Of a stretch of DNA of 64,000 nt, positions 44,980-53,860 are shown piece by piece. A program made the position numbers and the translations under genes. The notes under the pieces are model-generated. The model was not told the DNA's origin. It ran no database searches and saw only the letters and a program-made list of their open reading frames with translations. Each line of letters starts with the position of its first letter. Positions within the stretch are counted from its first letter, which is position 1. The DNA comes from a virus (Duplodnaviria > Caudoviricetes), in IMG/VR virus record IMGVR_UViG_3300045391_002348, positions 1 through 64,000 of that record; one strand, 5' to 3'.

Positions 44980-47900
44980 ATGGCCTTCTCAGTTACCACG
45001 ATCGGCACGTTCACCGGCACGGGTACTGCATCCGCCACGGTTGGAGCAGGGGGAGTTCCAGCTGGATCAGTCATAGCCGTCCTGGTGGGAGAGAACGCTA
45101 CCGCAGTGTCCAGTGGTAGTGTCGCTGATAGTGCAAGTAACACTTACACCAGTGTTACGTCCAAGAACTACAACAACAACACCTCCAGCGGCTTCGTTGC
45201 GGCCTGGTACGCGAAGAACGTCACCGCTCTTGTTCAAAACAACACGATCACCTATACCCGAACAACAGCCGGCAGCGGAGTCTCGTTCGCCGCAGTTTAT
45301 GTTACAGGCGCTGACACTAACAATCCACTGGACACCGGCGCTACTAACACAAATTTTGCTAACAGTAGTACTACATCCGTTCAATCGGGAACCCCCAGTT
45401 CAAGCGGCGATCTGTTCCTCGCCTTGGCAGGGTCGTCAGGTAATAACTTTACCCAGGACGGCACCTGGACCGGTATTACCACTATAACCAGTAACGCCCG
45501 GATCGGGTGCGCATACGTCGTCGGTTCCGGGACTAGCACCAAGACCTATACACCGACCGTCGGAATGGTCTCTGACTGGTCGGCCCTGATATTCGCACTC
45601 AGGCTGCCGCAGATCACCGCCTCGGCCCTGCTGGCCGGGACTGGATCGCTGTCCGCGGACGCCCTACCTCAGTTCTTCGGCTCTGCGACCCTGGCCGGTA
45701 CCGGCTCGCTCTCTGCAGACGCCCTGCCTCAGTTCTTCGGTTCGGCTACCCTGGCCGGCCAAGGCTCTCTCAAGTGCGACGCGCTCCCGCAGTTCTATGG
45801 ATCGGCCACCTTGGACGGGACCGGAAGCCTCGTCAGCCTAGCTATCCTGTCGACGAACGGCTCTGCTATCCTGACGGGCGAGAGCTCGCTGTCCTCCGAC
45901 GCCATCCCGCAGGTGTACGGCGCATCCCTGGAGGAGGTCACCGGCGGCCTGGACTCGTCGTCATTGCTGCTCGCCTCGACCACCTCCCTCCTCGCCGGCG
46001 TCAGCTCGCTTGCCCTGCTCGCTAACCTTATCGAGCAGACATCAGCTCTGCTAGCCGGCGAGGGAGGGGTCGGTGTCGATGTCACGAAGCAGTCGTATCT
46101 GGTCACTATCTTCCTGACCGACGGCGCGGGTTCCACGCGTTTCTGGGACATCCCCGGGGACTGGAATGATAATGATAATCTAATCATGACGTTCGGAGCC
46201 GGCGGTGGCGGCGGCTCCACCGGGTTTGACGGACCTGGCGGTGGCGGCGGCGCATGCTGCGTCATGCCGAATTATACCTTTAGCGAGGACGCGCGCACAG
46301 CGGGCTCGGTCTCTTACATCGTTGGAGCGGCAGGTCTGGGCCGATCTGTGAACGGAGGTCCGGCGACGGCCGGCGGAACGACGAGCTTCGACAATGGCGC
46401 ATTTCAGGCCAAGGGGGCCTCGGCCGGATCAGGTAATAATGGCGGCGCCGGAGGTCTCGCCAGCGCCTCGATTGTCCCGGCCGGTGGTTTCAAGTTCAGC
46501 GGAGGAAGTGGCGGGGGTACCGGGGCCGGCGGTGGCGGCGGCGCGGCAGGTCCTCACGGTCCCGGGAGGAACGGCGGCAACGGCGGCAACGGCGGTGGGG
46601 GCGGCGGAGGTTCTGACGGCGGGACCGCGGGCTCTAACAACAGTGGCAATGATGGTGGTAACGGTGGTGACGGCCGCAATCTGAATGGTCACGGTCTCGG
46701 GGGCCTCTTAGCCGGCGCCACTGCAGCTACCTCCGGTGCTGCCGGTAGTGGAGCCGGCGGTGGCGGGGACGGCGCCTTTACTAAAGGCGGGGGGAACGGC
46801 GCAGACAGCTACATGTTCCGTCAAACTTCAGACGGTGCAACAGCCGGCCCCGGAGGAGGCGGTGGGGGTCGCTCGGGGTCATCGGCCTCGGGGGGAGGGA
46901 CTGGTGGAAGCGGCGGCGGCTACGGCGCGGGGGGCGGCGGAGCTTCGCCAGTCACGGCCGGCAGCGGGACCGGTGGCCTCATCGTCATCCAATATAACCC
47001 GGTACTCGCCGTATTAACGGGCGAGAGTGACCTCCAGGTCGATACGACTAAGATTACGTCAGGCTACGCTCTACTGGCTGGAGACGGCTCTCTGGCCTCT
47101 CCGGCCACCCTCATCGGGACCGCAGTCGCCGCCCTCGCCGGCACGACCACCTTGTCCTCTGCGGCCTACCTCCTCGATACCCTCCTCTGGGGAGGGGCCG
47201 GAGGTCTCCTCCGGTCCACGGCGGTAGTAATTACCACCGGTGTATCTACTTTAGGTGGAGATACAGGGAGCCTCCAGGGAGCTGCCACAGCGCTTCTCTC
47301 CGCGGGGGCCACCCTAGTAGGGGATAGCGCGCTAGACTCATCTGCAGCCTCCGATATTAGGGTGTCGGCCCGTTTATCCGGGTCCTCTAGTCTCTTAATC
47401 CCAGGGCTAGGCTGGTTCGCCTCTACCTCCATGGCGGGGGCGAGTTCAGCCGGGGCCGTGGCCGTGATGCAAGTCCAGGTCTCCTCGTTATACCCGGCAC
47501 GAGGTGGAATACTTGCTCACGCGTCCACGGCCCTCTCATCATACTCTATACCACTTGATGTAACTGGTACGGTCCTGTCCGCTGCCTCACTCCGGCTGCG
47601 GGGGTCTACCCGATTTAACGTCGCATCCGATCTCGAGTCGTCGGCCACCTACGTAGCCAGAGTTACCCAGGTAATAGGTGGAGTTGGCGGGCTTCATGTA
47701 GATATTCACTACACGAGCACTGCGGCTCGCCTTCCCTGCGTCGGTTCTCTCAGTGTCGATGCCTTCGTGAAGGGCCTGATCCCGGCGAAGGCCCTCACCT
47801 CGGGGACCTCCGACCTGACTGCCTCGGCCGCGGCTCTCCTGAAGTTCTCTGCTATCCTGAGAGGCGGTGGAAGTCTCGCGACATCCGCCGCCCTCTTCGC

Positions 47901-48585
47901 CGTAGCGAGAGCGAAGTTCCAAGGGACTAGCTCAATCCAGGCTGTCCCTGGACTATCAAAACCGGTCTCAGCTAAGTTACAGGGGGTAGGTTCCCTACGA
48001 TCCCTGGCCCATTGCACAATCACGACCTCATCGGTCCTGTCTATATCATCCGACCTATCAGTCCGAGCCCACGGGAGGTTCGCGGCGTCTGCCAGGCTCG
48101 CCGGCTCTGCCGGCTATATCGGGGTCTCAGCAAGACGACGCTCCCCCCTCAACTCCCTCCTCGCCGGCTCCGCCTCATTAGACGCCTCCAGCGTCTACGC
48201 CCGCGGGGCGAGGTCACGATTGACCGGCGAGGGGAAGGTCCGGGCCGCTTCTACGGGGTTTGCCGTCGGTGCATCCACCATCCCGGCCTCGTCTGGTCTC
48301 TCGACTCGTGCGGTCCTGGTCGAGTCCGTTGTTGCAAGATTGCAGTCATCCTCCTCGGGTATAACCGCTGGGGGTGTGTGTCATCTGTCGACCGGTTCGC
48401 GAGTGGTCGGAGCCTCTAGCTTACACGTTGACGCACATCTGTACGGACACCGGGTCGTATCAGCACGGTTTAGGGCCGACGCTGGTTCAGTTAGCATCCG
48501 AGGTCGAAGGGGCTCGACCTCTCTTACGGGTCGTCGTGGTGGTGACCTGACCCGAGGGACCTCTGATGTAAAAACTATTAGCTAG
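44980..48585 (+). CDS. Giant repeat/glycine-rich fibre protein (1201 aa)
   Basis: N-terminal beta domain, 20-aa repeats, central GAGGGG glycine-rich domain, about 500 aa of further repeats. Confidence 0.7.
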   Translation: MAFSVTTIGTFTGTGTASATVGAGGVPAGSVIAVLVGENATAVSSGSVADSASNTYTSVTSKNYNNNTSSGFVAAWYAKNVTALVQNNTITYTRTTAGSGVSFAAVYVTGADTNNPLDTGATNTNFANSSTTSVQSGTPSSSGDLFLALAGSSGNNFTQDGTWTGITTITSNARIGCAYVVGSGTSTKTYTPTVGMVSDWSALIFALRLPQITASALLAGTGSLSADALPQFFGSATLAGTGSLSADALPQFFGSATLAGQGSLKCDALPQFYGSATLDGTGSLVSLAILSTNGSAILTGESSLSSDAIPQVYGASLEEVTGGLDSSSLLLASTTSLLAGVSSLALLANLIEQTSALLAGEGGVGVDVTKQSYLVTIFLTDGAGSTRFWDIPGDWNDNDNLIMTFGAGGGGGSTGFDGPGGGGGACCVMPNYTFSEDARTAGSVSYIVGAAGLGRSVNGGPATAGGTTSFDNGAFQAKGASAGSGNNGGAGGLASASIVPAGGFKFSGGSGGGTGAGGGGGAAGPHGPGRNGGNGGNGGGGGGGSDGGTAGSNNSGNDGGNGGDGRNLNGHGLGGLLAGATAATSGAAGSGAGGGGDGAFTKGGGNGADSYMFRQTSDGATAGPGGGGGGRSGSSASGGGTGGSGGGYGAGGGGASPVTAGSGTGGLIVIQYNPVLAVLTGESDLQVDTTKITSGYALLAGDGSLASPATLIGTAVAALAGTTTLSSAAYLLDTLLWGGAGGLLRSTAVVITTGVSTLGGDTGSLQGAATALLSAGATLVGDSALDSSAASDIRVSARLSGSSSLLIPGLGWFASTSMAGASSAGAVAVMQVQVSSLYPARGGILAHASTALSSYSIPLDVTGTVLSAASLRLRGSTRFNVASDLESSATYVARVTQVIGGVGGLHVDIHYTSTAARLPCVGSLSVDAFVKGLIPAKALTSGTSDLTASAAALLKFSAILRGGGSLATSAALFAVARAKFQGTSSIQAVPGLSKPVSAKLQGVGSLRSLAHCTITTSSVLSISSDLSVRAHGRFAASARLAGSAGYIGVSARRRSPLNSLLAGSASLDASSVYARGARSRLTGEGKVRAASTGFAVGASTIPASSGLSTRAVLVESVVARLQSSSSGITAGGVCHLSTGSRVVGASSLHVDAHLYGHRVVSARFRADAGSVSIRGRRGSTSLTGRRGGDLTRGTSDVKTIS
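45622..45921 (+). repeat. 60-bp coding tandem repeat (SATLAGTGSLSADALPQFFG)
   Basis: Units start at 45622, 45682, 45742, 45802, 45862, degenerating rightward. Confidence 0.9.
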
Positions 48586-48676
48586 GCGGGATCAGTCGCC
48601 CTGGTCACCCGACTAGCTGGTACGGACCCCGGCCAATAACCTGGTACGTCAAGCCTCCCGGGTCTTGGTCGGGGTC
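48585..48676 (+). other. Intergenic multi-hairpin element before the lysis region
   Basis: GACCCCGGCCAA (48625) pairs with TTGGTCGGGGTC (48665); inner ACCTGG/CCGGGT; two small upstream hairpins. Confidence 0.4.
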
Positions 48677-48701
48677 TCGTCTTTAGGAAGGAGAGCCAAT
48701 C

Positions 48702-49118
48702 GTGTCAGATAAACAGCACGACGATGTTGAACTATACGCAGGGGATACCTGGGCGATCGACGGAACTCTACTAGACATGGATGGTGGACCGCTAGACATA
48801 ACCAACATCGATCTCGATTGGATACTTCGGGGGGAGAACGGCGCGATCGCTATCATACCTGACGATGTCATCATCGATAAAGGGGACGATCCGACCCTCG
48901 GTCTACTTGTCATAAACGTCTCGGCCAGTATAACGACTGGCCTTCCTGCTGGTCGATACAGCGACACCCTCAGGATGAGGTTCGCCGGGAAGGGTGAGAC
49001 GCTGTGGGAGGGTGCGATACTTGTACAAGCAAACCGCTTCGGTGGGATCTCTCTCCGGACTAACGTAAACTTGACCGGAGCTGCGAGTTCTTTGTCAGTA
49101 GATGCAGTTATCGCGTGA
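48702..49118 (+). CDS. BppU-N/Ig-like structural protein
   Basis: LYAGDTWAIDGTLLD.DG.PLDIT...G...INV...T..LPAG.Y.D.L. Confidence 0.6.
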   Translation: MSDKQHDDVELYAGDTWAIDGTLLDMDGGPLDITNIDLDWILRGENGAIAIIPDDVIIDKGDDPTLGLLVINVSASITTGLPAGRYSDTLRMRFAGKGETLWEGAILVQANRFGGISLRTNVNLTGAASSLSVDAVIA

Positions 49119-49130
49119 AGTGGGGGAAGG

Positions 49131-49325
49131 ATGGACGAGGCTCTAAAGCAACTCATTAACTTAGGTCTACCCGGGATCATCATCGCTGTCTTGCTCATTA
49201 CCATCCGCGTACTATTCACAAAGTACGAGGAGTCTCAGAAGGCCCGCATCGATGACGGTCTCGCTAATCAAGAGAGAATGCACGAGGCCATCATGGCACT
49301 GGACCGGGCACGGGGGCAGAAGTGA
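49131..49325 (+). CDS. Single-TM protein, holin-like
   Basis: LGLPGIIIAVLLITIRVLF then coiled coil. Confidence 0.5.
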   Translation: MDEALKQLINLGLPGIIIAVLLITIRVLFTKYEESQKARIDDGLANQERMHEAIMALDRARGQK

Positions 49326-49540
49326 GCATCATGGACTGGATCGGAAACTACATCGATCGGATGATTGACAAGAAGCTCCCTGTCTCAACCGAGTACGTCG
49401 AGGCTCATGCGGAGAATACACGCCGCAGTATGAGGAGCCAGGTGGATGCTCTTTTACGTCGTGTAATCGACCACGAAGACGTGGACACGCGGCGTGCTAT
49501 GAGAAAAGAGGATAGCGATCGTGACAAGAACGGAGGTTGA
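49322..49540 (+). CDS. Hypothetical protein (72 aa)
   Basis: GTGA coupling. Confidence 0.55.
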   Translation: MSIMDWIGNYIDRMIDKKLPVSTEYVEAHAENTRRSMRSQVDALLRRVIDHEDVDTRRAMRKEDSDRDKNGG

Positions 49541-50055
49541 GCGCGATGACTCTGTTTAGTAAGAAGATCACCTGGGGGGTCGTCGTCCGGGACGTATTCG
49601 CAATTGTACTGATGTACTTAGCCGGTATCGTATTCCTACCGAGGACCCTGCTACTCGAACTATTAAATGGTGTCCTCTCTGCGATATGCCTCTCGGTCGT
49701 CGTCGTATATACCCTGGCCACTATACCAGACCTGATCAATAGTCGGCTCAGGATCGCTAACGGGGTCACGATCATACGACTGTGCATCGTCGGAGCCTGG
49801 AGCTTCCAGCTGTGGCAGGCCATAGGTCGCATATACTTCTTGGAGTTTCACCCGGAGGTGCCCGGACGTACGTTCGACGCGTCTCTCGGTGTGTTCGGGA
49901 TCGGCTACATCATCTTCGCCGCCGGCCACCTCATCGCGATCGGGATGATAGAGACCAACCAGTATGTCAGGACGAACGTCTGCATCGTCCTCTGGTCGAT
50001 CTTGGCCGGTATCTTCGGGACGCTCGCCATGCACTACATCCACGGGGCACTATGA
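49537..50055 (+). CDS. Multi-pass membrane protein
   Basis: About 5 hydrophobic segments; lysis cluster. Confidence 0.65.
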   Translation: MSAMTLFSKKITWGVVVRDVFAIVLMYLAGIVFLPRTLLLELLNGVLSAICLSVVVVYTLATIPDLINSRLRIANGVTIIRLCIVGAWSFQLWQAIGRIYFLEFHPEVPGRTFDASLGVFGIGYIIFAAGHLIAIGMIETNQYVRTNVCIVLWSILAGIFGTLAMHYIHGAL

Positions 50056-50957
50056 GAGGGGTCGAGCACTTCAGTCTACTATCTAGCAGAAGGACCGGGA
50101 AGATGCCTGTTGTAAGTATGTTAAATCTGAAGGACCGCGCTGTGATGCCTCCGTCGATCGTTGGTAAGATCACAGCGATGGCAGCGACCTCGTCACTGGC
50201 CAGTTACAACTGGCCGGGGCGGGGTCGTGCTCCTATGGGGTATGTGAAGGGGATGGGGGTCGTCTACGGTACGGCCTACCGCCGACTGAAGAAGGGGGAC
50301 CCCATCGTCACCTCCATGGTCGAGGTCGTAGAGGGGCACCACGACGTGTTCGACCACCTGGAGACCGAGCTCCGGTCCGTCGGGCTAGTGACCGAGGGAG
50401 CGAGTGCGGCCATACGTCTGAGGATACTGCACGTCATACTGTACGCACTTGGCATGCGAGAGTCGTCGGGACGATACTGTGAGGGCCTGGACCAGTCTGC
50501 AGATAATACGAACGCCGAGGGAGCCGAGTGCGGGCCCTTCCAGCAGTCGTGGGACAGCCGTCCGGCCTCCCCCTGGATCGCGTGGCTTCTGAACGCTTAC
50601 CTATCGAACACGGACTATCCGTCACTGGTCGACATATTCAAGGAGGGGGTCCACCCGAAGGCGAGTGACTCTGTTACGTATGGCTCGGGAAGGGGTGCCG
50701 ACTTCCAGAAGATGATCAAGTCGCGACCGGAGTTCGCGGCCGAGGCCGCGTGCGTCGGAATGAGGACCAACTGCGGCCACTGGGGTCCGCTGGAACGTCA
50801 CGAGGTCACCCTCCCCCTCCTGCTAATCGATTTCATGACAAAGGTGGAGCAGATCGTCGATACTGCATCACCGGGTAAACCCGACCCGACCCCTTCGGGA
50901 AGAAGAACGTGGGGCCAAGCCATCGCCGATTGGATCAATCGGCTGTACAGAAAGTGA
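50052..50957 (+). CDS. Putative lysozyme-like peptidoglycan hydrolase
   Basis: LGMRESSGRYC...AECGPFQQSW resembles the lysozyme/transglycosylase E-S and GxFQ motifs; start uncertain. Confidence 0.5.
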   Translation: MRGVEHFSLLSSRRTGKMPVVSMLNLKDRAVMPPSIVGKITAMAATSSLASYNWPGRGRAPMGYVKGMGVVYGTAYRRLKKGDPIVTSMVEVVEGHHDVFDHLETELRSVGLVTEGASAAIRLRILHVILYALGMRESSGRYCEGLDQSADNTNAEGAECGPFQQSWDSRPASPWIAWLLNAYLSNTDYPSLVDIFKEGVHPKASDSVTYGSGRGADFQKMIKSRPEFAAEAACVGMRTNCGHWGPLERHEVTLPLLLIDFMTKVEQIVDTASPGKPDPTPSGRRTWGQAIADWINRLYRK

Positions 50958-50965
50958 GGCATGAC

Positions 50966-51151
50966 ATGTGGTTGTTAGTTCTGATCCTGGCACTCATCTT
51001 CGTCGGGTGGTCGGTGGTCACCCAGTACAAGAACACACCGATAGACAAGCCAGTGTGGAGCCGCATCTGGTCGGCCGTCGTGGCCGGAGGTCTCGTCATC
51101 GTCGGGATCGTCGGGCACTGGCTGTCTGCCCACGGCACTCCTCCGGGATAA
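50966..51151 (+). CDS. Two-TM membrane protein
   Basis: MWLLVLILALIFVGWSVV...IWSAVVAGGLVIVGIVG. Confidence 0.6.
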   Translation: MWLLVLILALIFVGWSVVTQYKNTPIDKPVWSRIWSAVVAGGLVIVGIVGHWLSAHGTPPG

Positions 51152-51161
51152 GAGAGGTCTC

Positions 51162-51800
51162 ATGGATTGGATACAGATTGGACTGAAGGTAGCCCAGCTC
51201 GGGCTACCAACCCTCGGCTCCCTCCTCGGAGGTCCGCTCGGGGGCGCTATAGGCGGCATCCTCGCGAAGGCAATAGGAGCCGCTGACGCAACACCGGAGG
51301 CGGTGGACAAGACCCTCGGAGAGATGGACCCCAACGTTCTGATACAGAAGTTGCGGTCCACCGAGGCCGAGGCCGTCGCCTTCGTCGACGCCCAGGCGAA
51401 GGTCGCGATCGCCCAGTCGAAGGACATCAGCGACTTGATGAAGGCCGAGCTCGTAGACAGCCAGGACCATCCGAGCTGGTTTGGTATCTTCCAGCGCGGT
51501 TGGCGTCCGGCCTTCGCATGGCTCCTCCTGGTCGAGTGCGGCGGTCTCGGCGCTATCTTCGGGTGGGAGGCCGTCACTGCCGACTTCAAGACCCTCACGG
51601 CTCTCGGCGAGCACGAGAGTTTCATGCTATGGTGGTTCGGAATGCAGTTCGCGACCATCGGAGTATTCGGCATCGGCAGGTCCCAGGAGAAGGTCGCTGC
51701 AATTACCGCAGCCGGCCAGGCTACTCCCCAGGTGGACATCGGAGGGATCGTCGGCCAGGTCGTGGATCGCGTGAAGAACAAGTTCTCTAGGGAGTGGTAG
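51162..51800 (+). CDS. 3TM-type holin-like protein
   Basis: LPTLGSLLGGPLGGAIG...GWRPAFAW...GRSQEK. Confidence 0.7.
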   Translation: MDWIQIGLKVAQLGLPTLGSLLGGPLGGAIGGILAKAIGAADATPEAVDKTLGEMDPNVLIQKLRSTEAEAVAFVDAQAKVAIAQSKDISDLMKAELVDSQDHPSWFGIFQRGWRPAFAWLLLVECGGLGAIFGWEAVTADFKTLTALGEHESFMLWWFGMQFATIGVFGIGRSQEKVAAITAAGQATPQVDIGGIVGQVVDRVKNKFSREW

Positions 51801-51801
51801 C

Positions 51802-52488
51802 ATGAGCCGTGTGTCTGAGATGTGGCACAACCTGACCGACAGGAAGCGTGCCGACACTGACTTCTTCGATGAGTTCGCCAAGCTCCTCCACGGCTCCAAG
51901 GAAGAGCCCGACGAGCCTGATGAGCCCGACGAGCCCGACGAGCCCGACGAGGCCTCTCCCTCGCCGGGCAAGCTCTCCCCTGTCCCGTATCCTCTAGTCT
52001 GGATTGATAAGGCCCGCAGCTACATCGGAGTGAAGGAGGTCCCTGGAGCTGGAGACAACCCCGTCATCTTGAACTGGGCAAGGGGGACCGGAGGAGCGAC
52101 AGCGCGGGCGTATAAGCACGACTCGATTCCATGGTGTGCCCTGTTCGTCTGGACGGTCATGAGAGAGTCGGGGATGAGATACCTAGACACTCTCTGGGCT
52201 CTCGATGGCTTGAAGTATGGTATTAAGCTCGACGGTCCGGCCGTCGGCTGCATAGTGTGCTTCCAGCGAGAGGAAGGTGGGCACATAGGGTTCGTCGTGG
52301 GTAGAGACAAGCACGGTAACTTGATGGTACTCGGAGGAAACCAGTCGGACGCCGTGAACATAAAGCCGTTCGATCCTGACCGCGCTGTAGGATACAGGTG
52401 GCCCGAGGGGGTCGCGAGACCCGTAACCGGTCTCAGTCACCTTACTCTTCTGACGTCCGACGGGCGGGTCTCTACGAACGAGGCGTGA
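51802..52488 (+). CDS. TIGR02594-type NlpC/P60-like endolysin
   Basis: ARSYIGVKEVPG..DNP.I; DSIPWCALFV; GGHIGFV; VLGGNQSDAV; (EPD)5 linker. Confidence 0.85.
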   Translation: MSRVSEMWHNLTDRKRADTDFFDEFAKLLHGSKEEPDEPDEPDEPDEPDEASPSPGKLSPVPYPLVWIDKARSYIGVKEVPGAGDNPVILNWARGTGGATARAYKHDSIPWCALFVWTVMRESGMRYLDTLWALDGLKYGIKLDGPAVGCIVCFQREEGGHIGFVVGRDKHGNLMVLGGNQSDAVNIKPFDPDRAVGYRWPEGVARPVTGLSHLTLLTSDGRVSTNEA

Positions 52489-52546
52489 GCTTCATCGCCG
52501 AGAGGTGGTGGAGGAGGGAGGGGGAGGGCCTTAATTAGCGAGGAGA

Positions 52547-52765
52547 ATGGATATTCTGGTCTCAGTTATCTATGCCCTCATCTATCTGGCCTGCATAGTT
52601 CTGGCGTACTATCTGATAATCTGGGTGCTGGAGTGGCTCGGCATCTCGATTCCTCCGATGGTCACGAAGGTAATCATGCTAATCTTAGTACTGGTTGCCG
52701 TCCTGGTCTTGCTCAGAGTATTCGGGCCAGTCGTTCACCTACCGGCGCTGTCGCCACCTAGATAG
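52547..52765 (+). CDS. Two-TM membrane protein
   Basis: GAGGAG RBS; two hydrophobic helices; last rightward late gene. Confidence 0.65.
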   Translation: MDILVSVIYALIYLACIVLAYYLIIWVLEWLGISIPPMVTKVIMLILVLVAVLVLLRVFGPVVHLPALSPPR

Positions 52766-52882
52766 CGCCGGGGCCGGCCGCGGGCTTCGTTCCTTCACCC
52801 GTGGCCGGCCGCCTACGGATCCGCGGGCGCGGGCGCGCGCACTGCGCAGTGCGGCCCATTGCGCCTCAGACAGCATCGTCAT
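52739..52882 (-). CDS. Small Arg-rich peptide (47 aa)
   Basis: MTMLSEAQWAALRSARAR; ATGA coupling. Confidence 0.35.
   Translation of the reverse strand: MTMLSEAQWAALRSARARARGSVGGRPRVKERSPRPAPALSRWRQRR
52772..52810. terminator. 13-bp hairpin at the convergence of late and early transcription
   Basis: GGCCGGCCGCGGG / CCCGTGGCCGGCC; no U-tract. Confidence 0.4.
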
Positions 52883-53034
52883 TGTTTGCCTCGTTCGGAG
52901 CGCCACAACACCCATCCCGTCACGCAAACAAGAGCGAATGAGATCGCGAGCATGCTCAGAAATACGTAAGGGTCCATCGACCCTATATGGAAGAACTTAT
53001 CCACCCGCGGATCCGCCAAAAGCTCGTAATTCAT
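52879..53034 (-). CDS. Small membrane protein (51 aa)
   Basis: AAGGAG RBS; MNYELLAD...FLSMLAISFALVCVTGWVLW. Confidence 0.55.
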   Translation of the reverse strand: MNYELLADPRVDKFFHIGSMDPYVFLSMLAISFALVCVTGWVLWRSERGKQ

Positions 53035-53036
53035 AT

Positions 53037-53150
53037 CTATCTCCTTCTGTCGGGGTGGTCCCCGTACTTGTGCCAAACGATAGAGCACACAACTACCAGG
53101 AGGAACACCAACGGCCAGTTAATTGCATTGAAAATGAAGTCTACTATCAT
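53037..53150 (-). CDS. Small membrane peptide (37 aa)
   Basis: GGAGAGG RBS; MIVDFIFNAINWPLVFLLVVVCSIVW. Confidence 0.5.
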   Translation of the reverse strand: MIVDFIFNAINWPLVFLLVVVCSIVWHKYGDHPDRRR

Positions 53151-53261
53151 GACCCTCTCCTCTGCCTACGTCCGGCTACGAATGCACGCCATAGTAAGCG
53201 ATCAACCCATGCGGCCGCCTGCCGGGTTGGACCGCCTGCGGTGCTGTTGCGGGATTGGAGC

Positions 53262-53441
53262 CTACTCCCACCGGGGTAACTCCAATCGCCGCGCGATAGC
53301 CTGGTGGCGTTCTCGGAGCTCGTCGCAACGATCTGCCAGTTCGTTCGTTCCTTCAACCCTTTCGTCAGGGCCGTCCGGCTCCATATCGTTGATGAACGCC
53401 AACGCGTCTTCGACCCACTGTAACAGTTCCTTGTCCATCAT
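53262..53441 (-). CDS. Hypothetical acidic protein (59 aa)
   Basis: GAGGAG RBS; MMDKELLQWVEDALAF; below the ORF-track cutoff. Confidence 0.55.
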   Translation of the reverse strand: MMDKELLQWVEDALAFINDMEPDGPDERVEGTNELADRCDELRERHQAIARRLELPRWE

Positions 53442-53623
53442 TGCTTCTCCTCATCTTCCTCGGCTGTCTTCGTATACATAGGTTCTCCCTCGAACCTCTG
53501 CCAGCCCTCCCACACCTCGTCTAAGTACAGGTGAAAGGCCCGGACCGCCTCGGCCTCCCGCCGACGCTCCACGGCCTCCCTCCGGGATAGAGCACGAGCC
53601 TCGCTCTTACTGAGTACGGGCAC
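53438..53623 (-). CDS. Hypothetical protein (61 aa)
   Basis: Coupled overlaps. Confidence 0.55.
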   Translation of the reverse strand: MPVLSKSEARALSRREAVERRREAEAVRAFHLYLDEVWEGWQRFEGEPMYTKTAEEDEEKQ

Positions 53624-53836
53624 TCAGTCATCCACCCTTACAAACAATCTAGCCGAGCACTCTATGCACTCGGTCTCGCAGCCGTCTTGGTTTCCCTCTA
53701 TGAACCAAGCTGTCCCGCACCGGGGGCACTGGATCGATGTGAATAGTTCACCGCGGGCCTCTGCGGGATCTTGGTCAGATGCGAGGCTCGCAAGCATCGG
53801 TCTCAGGTCTACCACCTTATTATCTGTCATGACCAC
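53624..53836 (-). CDS. Zinc-ribbon protein
   Basis: CPRC...CIEC. Confidence 0.6.
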   Translation of the reverse strand: MVMTDNKVVDLRPMLASLASDQDPAEARGELFTSIQCPRCGTAWFIEGNQDGCETECIECSARLFVRVDD

Positions 53837-53860
53837 CTCCGATTGTTTTGATTGTAGGCA

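Noticed and set aside
45622-45921. Diversity-generating retroelement template/variable repeat
   Set aside because: Differences are not adenine-specific, and no reverse transcriptase is present.
51901-51954. (GAGCCCGAC)5 repeat as a phase-variation tract
   Set aside because: In-frame 9-bp unit encoding an EPD linker; copy changes keep the frame.
53147-53356. 69-aa minus-strand ORF
   Set aside because: Overlaps the better-supported 53262-53441 gene and has no clear RBS.
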